From Gemmatimonadota bacterium (lineage in GTDB: Bacteria > Gemmatimonadota > Gemmatimonadetes > Gemmatimonadales > GWC2-71-9), in NCBI GenBank assembly GCA_036679645.1, contig JAZDCY010000084.1:1-44298 (forward strand): DNA of 44,298 nucleotides, given 5' to 3'. The notes beneath the pieces were generated by a model. That model searched no databases and was not told the origin of the DNA. It saw only the letters and a program-made list of their open reading frames with translations. Below are positions 38,999-44,298 of the stretch, in pieces; the first letter of the stretch is position 1, and every line of letters starts with the position of its first letter. The position numbers were made by a program, and so were the translations under genes.

Positions 38999-40335
38999 CA
39001 GCGCTCGCGTTCCAGCACGATATCGGTCCACCGGATCTCCTGCCCCGCCTCGATATCCACCGCGCGTTCCCACCGGCGATACCCGTCCTGCACGATGCTC
39101 AGGACGTGCCGCCCTTCACCCACACTGATGCCGATGACAGGAATGTTGCCGATCAACTCGCCGTCGATGATCAGTCTGCCCAAGGGCTGGGAATTCAGCC
39201 AGAGTTTTCCGTATCCAAACGCCACTGGACGGGCACTCGAGTCCGCGGTTGCGGCAGGTTGTGCCGGGACCGTGACCGCCATTGGATCGACAGTCCCTTC
39301 CGCACCGCGTCCCCCGACCAAGGCCTGCGTCGCGAACACGATCGCTGCCGCCACCATCCCGATCGTCAGATGCCCCGCCCGGCGCGGTAGGAGGGGGGGA
39401 GCGATCACGCGCGTCTCCTGCCCGATAGGCTCGGTGATGGCCTCGCTGACCTCTGTTGAGGCACGGGGCTGCGGAGCACGGGGGGGGCGCCGTCCGCCAA
39501 TCGAACTCAGGAAATCCAATACCGAGTCGAACCGCTCGTCCGGCTGCTTGCTCATCGCCTTGAGCACCCCTTCGGTAACGCGCCCAGGCAGATCCGGCCG
39601 AATATCCGAGAGGTGGGGCGCCGGTTCCACGCAGTGCATGCGGACCACCTCACCCACCGAGTGCGCTACGAACGGGTGACGTCCGGCCAACAACTCGAAC
39701 GTCATGACCGCCAGGGAGTACTGGTCCGAGCGCCCATCGACCGACTGTCCGTACAGCTGCTCGGGCGACATGTACGCCGGCGTCCCAATCGTCCCCCCGG
39801 TCTGCGTGAGCTTCACGTTGCCCGTCGCCTTCGCGACACCGAAATCACACACATATGCCCAGCTGTTTTCGTCCAGCATGACGTTCGCGGGCTTCATGTC
39901 GCGATGGACGACGCCTCGCCGGTGCGCGTACTCCAGTGCGCTCGCCGCCTGTTCGACGAGACTCAAACAACTGTGCAGGCCGAGACGTCCGAGATCGCGG
40001 AGCGTCTCCTCGAGCGACTGGCCCCGTATGTACTTCATCGAGTACCACAGGAACTCCGGCGTCGTCCCATACCGGTGCACCGGCGTTATGTGCGGATGAT
40101 CGAGGGATGCCGCGATAGTGGCTTCTTGTCGGAACCGCTCGGGCGCTGTCTTCTCCTCGGCGAACTTCAAGGGCAGCACCTTCAGCGCCACGGGCCGGTT
40201 GAGCTGGACATCGCGCGCCAGAAACACGACCGACATCCCACCACGACCCAGCAAACCTTCAATCCGGTACTCGCTCGCGAGCGCGGACCGGACTGTCGCC
40301 TCGATCTCGTCGACGACTGACACCTCAGGTGACAC
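38998..40335 (-). CDS. Hanks-type Ser/Thr protein kinase with TM helix and PEGA-like C-terminal domain
   Basis: LGRGGM, VALK, HRDMKPAN, DFG, GTPAYMSPE and DQYSL. GTG start after GGAGG. Confidence 0.93.
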   Translation of the reverse strand: MSPEVSVVDEIEATVRSALASEYRIEGLLGRGGMSVVFLARDVQLNRPVALKVLPLKFAEEKTAPERFRQEATIAASLDHPHITPVHRYGTTPEFLWYSMKYIRGQSLEETLRDLGRLGLHSCLSLVEQAASALEYAHRRGVVHRDMKPANVMLDENSWAYVCDFGVAKATGNVKLTQTGGTIGTPAYMSPEQLYGQSVDGRSDQYSLAVMTFELLAGRHPFVAHSVGEVVRMHCVEPAPHLSDIRPDLPGRVTEGVLKAMSKQPDERFDSVLDFLSSIGGRRPPRAPQPRASTEVSEAITEPIGQETRVIAPPLLPRRAGHLTIGMVAAAIVFATQALVGGRGAEGTVDPMAVTVPAQPAATADSSARPVAFGYGKLWLNSQPLGRLIIDGELIGNIPVIGISVGEGRHVLSIVQDGYRRWERAVDIEAGQEIRWTDIVLERER

Positions 40336-40508
40336 TAAACCCCTCCGTGCTGGGAGCAGCACCCAACGCAACCCGCCGGTACCATCGCGCAGAAACCGTA
40401 CCATGGGAACAGCATCGTGACGTCTACGCAACGCTTTACGACACAGGGAGTTACACCGTTTTGATACTCCCGGCTCGCCCCACGCGCACCGGGCGTTCTG
40501 CTATGGTA

Positions 40509-40761
40509 GCCGCAGCCCGCGGGCCGCGCCATCTGCCGGGACTAGGGGCTCTTACCGCGAGGGACCAGTCTTCGGCGAGAAACGGCGAATCGGGTCCCAA
40601 GACGCGCGGCAGCAAACCGCCGCCCGCGAGTTCTGCCAACGAGAGCGATTGGGGAATGAGCACCAACCAGCCACGACATCGGCGGCGTGGAGTCTCGGGG
40701 TCACGCCCCCCCCCCCTCCCCCCGCCGATTCAGTCAGCGTCTTCACCCGTGGGGTTGCGGC
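40509..40761. ncRNA. Candidate ~250-nt multi-helix structured RNA
   Basis: Closing helix 40509-40523/40746-40761, with nested helices 40561-40566/40593-40598, 40599-40605/40737-40743 and 40678-40685/40722-40729. Confidence 0.4.
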
Positions 40762-40947
40762 AGGGACACACTGCAATATTCATATGTCTGCAACTTGGCA
40801 CATGCGATCGTCCATTGTCGCCGTGACGGTGCGCACGGGTACTATTAGATCATCGAACCGAAGGTCACTGCCATTCTCTCCAGCATACGATCTTGTGATC
40901 TCGCCTGACCGCGGAGAAGCCGTCCCGATCGCTCACGGACGGGCATA

Positions 40948-42477
40948 ATGATCGACATCGTCGCCCAGACGCGCTCCGCCTCGTGGGCAAAAGTGATCGA
41001 CAACACGCGGTGCATAGGGTGCCATGCCTGTTCCACCGCATGCAAGTCCGAGAACGAGGTGCCGGTCGGAGTAAATCGGACGTACGTCAAGTACGTCGAC
41101 GTGGGCGTCTTCCCCCACGGCCGCCGAGCGTTCCAGGTCACGCGCTGCAACCAATGCGAGGATGCCCCTTGTGTCACTGCGTGCCCGACGGCGGCAATGT
41201 ATCAGCGCGACGACGGCATCGTGGACTTCGACAAGACAATCTGCATTGGCTGCAAAGCGTGCATCGCCGCCTGCCCGTACGACGCGATTTTCATCAACCC
41301 CGAAGATCACTCGGCCGAGAAGTGTAATTTCTGCGCACACCGGCTGGACATGGGTCTCGAACCGGCGTGTGTAGTCGTCTGTCCCACGCAGGCAATTATG
41401 GTCGGCGATCTACACGATCCGACTTCTTCGGTAGGCCGTCTGGTCCAGGAAAAGCCGGTGACGGTTCGTCGCCCGGAGAAGGGCACGCGCCCAAAGCTCT
41501 TCTACCTGGGCGCGCATGAGGCAACCCTCGATCCACTCGCCGCGTCGCGCCCCACGGGCGGGCTCTTCATGTGGAGCGAACAGGCCACGGGAGCGGGCAC
41601 CGTCGTCTCGGGACACCCTACGTCCGGGAACTCATCCGCCGCAGCACTGCTGTCCTATGACGTCCCGCACCGGATGCCGTGGGACTGGCGCGTCAGCCTC
41701 TACACCTGGACAAAAAGCATCGCGGCCGGCGCCTACCTCGCGCCGCTCATACTGTTACTACTCGGCACGATTCCACCAACCAGTCCTCTGTGGCAGTGGG
41801 GTGTCCCACTCATTGGGGGCGCGTTCCTCGCCCTCACCGGTGTGCTACTGATCGCTGATCTCGAGCATCCGATGCGGTTCTACATGATCTTCACGCGCGC
41901 GCAACAAAAGAGTTGGCTGGTCAAGGGCGCGTACGTGATCACGGCGTTTGCGATCATCCTGGGCGTGCATCTCGTCGCGACGTTGCTGAATAGACCCGAC
42001 CTGCACGGGATGCTCACGTGGCTCGGCATCCCGGTCGCGATCATGACGGCATCGTACACGGCGTTCTTGTTTGCGCAGGCACGCGCCCGGGACCTGTGGC
42101 AGAACCCGCTACTCCCTCCGCACTTTGCCGTGCAGGCCGTGCTTGCGGGTGCGGCGGTGACCATTCTGCTGGCCACCCAATTGGAACCGCTCGCCCTACC
42201 TGTCCTCGAGTGGCTGCTCGTCATCGCCGGGCTCGCCCACCTCACGCTGGTGCTCGGTGAAATCGCGCTGCCGCATCCGACGGAGCACGCGCGCCTCGCC
42301 ATGTGGGAGATGCTACGAGGGCGGTACGCCAGGTACTTCTGGGTGGGCATCGTCTTGACGTTTGGGTCGGTGTTTGCCCCATGGATCGGGACGCCCGCAG
42401 CGTTGTTGGCGCTCCTTGGACTCCTGGCGCATGAGCACGCCTACGTTCAGGCCGGCCAGGCGGTTCCGTTGGCATGA
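40948..42477 (+). CDS. 4Fe-4S four-cluster (NrfC/DmsB-like) domain fused to an NrfD/PsrC-type membrane anchor
   Basis: CIGCHACSTAC, CNQCEDAPCVTACP, CIGCKACIAACPY and KCNFC...PACVVVCP, then DLEHP.RF, SWL..G and TM helices. Confidence 0.92.
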   Translation: MIDIVAQTRSASWAKVIDNTRCIGCHACSTACKSENEVPVGVNRTYVKYVDVGVFPHGRRAFQVTRCNQCEDAPCVTACPTAAMYQRDDGIVDFDKTICIGCKACIAACPYDAIFINPEDHSAEKCNFCAHRLDMGLEPACVVVCPTQAIMVGDLHDPTSSVGRLVQEKPVTVRRPEKGTRPKLFYLGAHEATLDPLAASRPTGGLFMWSEQATGAGTVVSGHPTSGNSSAAALLSYDVPHRMPWDWRVSLYTWTKSIAAGAYLAPLILLLLGTIPPTSPLWQWGVPLIGGAFLALTGVLLIADLEHPMRFYMIFTRAQQKSWLVKGAYVITAFAIILGVHLVATLLNRPDLHGMLTWLGIPVAIMTASYTAFLFAQARARDLWQNPLLPPHFAVQAVLAGAAVTILLATQLEPLALPVLEWLLVIAGLAHLTLVLGEIALPHPTEHARLAMWEMLRGRYARYFWVGIVLTFGSVFAPWIGTPAALLALLGLLAHEHAYVQAGQAVPLA

Positions 42478-42571
42478 GACAGCCATTTGTGATTCTCGCA
42501 ACGCGAATGAACGCGCGTACCGGCGCTTGCAATGCGGGCCGCGGCGCGGAAAGACCTTCAGGAGGCGAGGC

Positions 42572-44298
42572 GTGAGCGACAAACTCCACCAGCGAGTTCG
42601 CGCGGCGCGCGAGGATGTAACGCGTCGCGGGGAGACGTTCTACCCAGGCGCGAGTGGTGGACAGCTCGCGGCGTTTCCGCCCAAGGAGCGATGGGACGAC
42701 TGGGTCGAGCTGGATAGCCACGCGTGGCCGGAACGGGCGGAACACCACTACACGCTCGTTCCCACGACATGCTTCAACTGCGAGTCCGCGTGCGGGCTCC
42801 TGGCCTACGTCGATCACGACACCGGCCAGATCCGCAAGTTCGAGGGGAACCCCGAACACCCCGGTTCGCGCGGCCGGAACTGCGCCAAGGGACCGGCTAC
42901 GCTCAATCAGATCCTCGACCCCGACAGGATTCTTCACCCGCTCAAGCGGGCGGGCGCGCGGGGCGAGGGTACGTGGAAGCAGGTCACGTGGGACGAGGCG
43001 CTCGACGACATCGCCGGACGTATCCGGGCCGCCATTCAGGACGGTCGCCACAATGAGATTATGTATCACGTGGGCCGCCCCGGAGAAGACGGCTTCACGG
43101 AGCGCATCCTGGCGGCGTGGGGAGTAGATGGACACAACTCGCACACCAACGTCTGTTCGTCGAGTGGGCGTGCCGGGTACCACTACTGGATGGGCATGGA
43201 CCGGCCGAGTCCGGATTTCGCCAACGCCGACGTGATCGTCATGGTGTCGGCGCACTTGGAGACGGGCCACTATTTCAATCCGCACGCACAGCGCGTCCTC
43301 GAAGCCAAGCAACGCGGCGCCAAGCTCATCGTGTTGGACACGCGCCTGTCGAACACCGCCACGCACGCGGACCTGTGGCTCGCTACCTACCCCGGATCCG
43401 AAGCGGCACTCTTCCTGGCAGTCGCGAATTGGATCATCCAGGAGCGGCGCTACGACCGCGACTTCGTGCGCAGGTGGTGGAATTGGGAACAGTACCTCCG
43501 CAGCGAACACCGGGAGGTCGAACCCACATTCGCCAACTTCGAGCTGATCCTGAGCACATTGTACGCGGAGTACACTTTCGAGTTCGCGGCCGAGGAATCG
43601 GGCATCCCCGCCGAGACGCTGCGCGAGACGGCGCAGATCATCGCCGACGCCGGGACCCGTCTCGCGACCCACACGTGGCGCAGTGCCGCCGCTGGGAACG
43701 AAGGTGGTTGGCAGGTATCCCGCACGCTCTTTCTGCTCAACGCGCTGCTCGGCGCGGTCGCCACGAAGGGCGGCACCTATCCCAATGCGTGGAACAAGTT
43801 CGTTCCCAAACCCATCCACACACCACCACACCCGAAGATATGGAACGACCTCACGTGGCCGGGCGAGTATCCCCTGGCCATGAACGAGCTGTCCTTCCTG
43901 TTGCCGCACTTCCTGAAAGAGCGGCGCGGGAAGCTCGACGTGTATTTCACCCGCGTGTACAACCCGGTGTGGACAAACCCAGATGGGTTCTCCTGGGTGG
44001 AGATGCTCACGGACGAGGCACGTGTGGGTCTCCACGTCGCCCTCACACCCACGTGGAACGAAACGGCGTACTTCGCCGACTACGTGCTGCCAATGGGGCA
44101 CAGCGCGGAGCGCCACGACATGCACTCGTACGAGACGCACAATGCGCGGTGGATCGGGTTTAGGCAGCCGGTGTTACGGGCCTTCCGGGAACGACAGGGC
44201 GAGACTATCAGCGATACGCGCGAGGTGAACGTCGGGGAGGTGTGGGAGGAGAACGAATTCTGGATAGATCTCACCTGGCGTATCGATCCGGATGGATC
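42572..44298 (+). CDS. Molybdopterin (DMSO reductase superfamily) oxidoreductase catalytic subunit, partial; runs off the right edge
   Basis: Manual translation from the GTG after GGAGG gives TCFNCESAC...GRNCAKG...DPDRILHPLKR...VTWDEALD...HTNVCSSSGR, still in frame at WRIDPDG at the window end. Not in the ORF track. Confidence 0.92.
   Translation, partial: MSDKLHQRVRAAREDVTRRGETFYPGASGGQLAAFPPKERWDDWVELDSHAWPERAEHHYTLVPTTCFNCESACGLLAYVDHDTGQIRKFEGNPEHPGSRGRNCAKGPATLNQILDPDRILHPLKRAGARGEGTWKQVTWDEALDDIAGRIRAAIQDGRHNEIMYHVGRPGEDGFTERILAAWGVDGHNSHTNVCSSSGRAGYHYWMGMDRPSPDFANADVIVMVSAHLETGHYFNPHAQRVLEAKQRGAKLIVLDTRLSNTATHADLWLATYPGSEAALFLAVANWIIQERRYDRDFVRRWWNWEQYLRSEHREVEPTFANFELILSTLYAEYTFEFAAEESGIPAETLRETAQIIADAGTRLATHTWRSAAAGNEGGWQVSRTLFLLNALLGAVATKGGTYPNAWNKFVPKPIHTPPHPKIWNDLTWPGEYPLAMNELSFLLPHFLKERRGKLDVYFTRVYNPVWTNPDGFSWVEMLTDEARVGLHVALTPTWNETAYFADYVLPMGHSAERHDMHSYETHNARWIGFRQPVLRAFRERQGETISDTREVNVGEVWEENEFWIDLTWRIDPDG

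Noticed and set aside
40555..40620. c-di-AMP or Moco riboswitch identity for the 40.5-kb structure
   Set aside because: Only fragmentary resemblance (GGGACCA, GGCGAATC, CAGCAAAC). The core consensus segments are not matched.
40795..40810. TTGGCAC as a sigma54 promoter for the FeS-NrfD operon
   Set aside because: No GC at the -12 position, so GG-N10-GC fails.
43154..43156. Selenocysteine in the molybdoenzyme
   Set aside because: The candidate ligand codon is TGT (Cys), not TGA.
42242..44163. Long ORFs 42242-44140 (-) and 43117-44163 (+)
   Set aside because: Shadow frames of the molybdopterin oxidoreductase that starts at 42572.
1..44298. tRNA, rRNA, transposase, integrase, prophage or defence genes
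   Set aside because: No recognisable motifs found by inspection.

Overview
A GC-rich bacterial window of mostly metabolic and regulatory genes. Gene content suggests Gemmatimonadota, but that is inference and was not tested. It encodes the glyoxylate shunt (aceB-aceA), an IorA/IorB-type molybdo-oxidoreductase, transporters, peptidases, malic enzyme, a Ser/Thr kinase, and an FeS-NrfD fusion followed by a molybdopterin oxidoreductase that runs off the right edge. The most striking region is 18.4-22.5 kb. It holds an intact flagellar regulatory set (sigma54 activator, sigma54 promoter, fliA, flgM, csrA), but the expected structural genes appear only as two short chimeric ORFs. Sigma28-like promoters also lie upstream of non-flagellar genes (a bactofilin and a PHP-domain protein). 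Three more deletion-like scars occur (CoxS/amidase, ArsN2-like acetyltransferase, D-aminoacylase). Two intergenic regions look like unannotated structured RNAs: 10.3-10.46 kb with an ECF-type promoter and terminator, and 40.5-40.76 kb. Heptamer-repeat hairpins and a GTAG REP-like array are present. I found no rRNA, tRNA, CRISPR array or transposase. All calls were made by eye without database searches.
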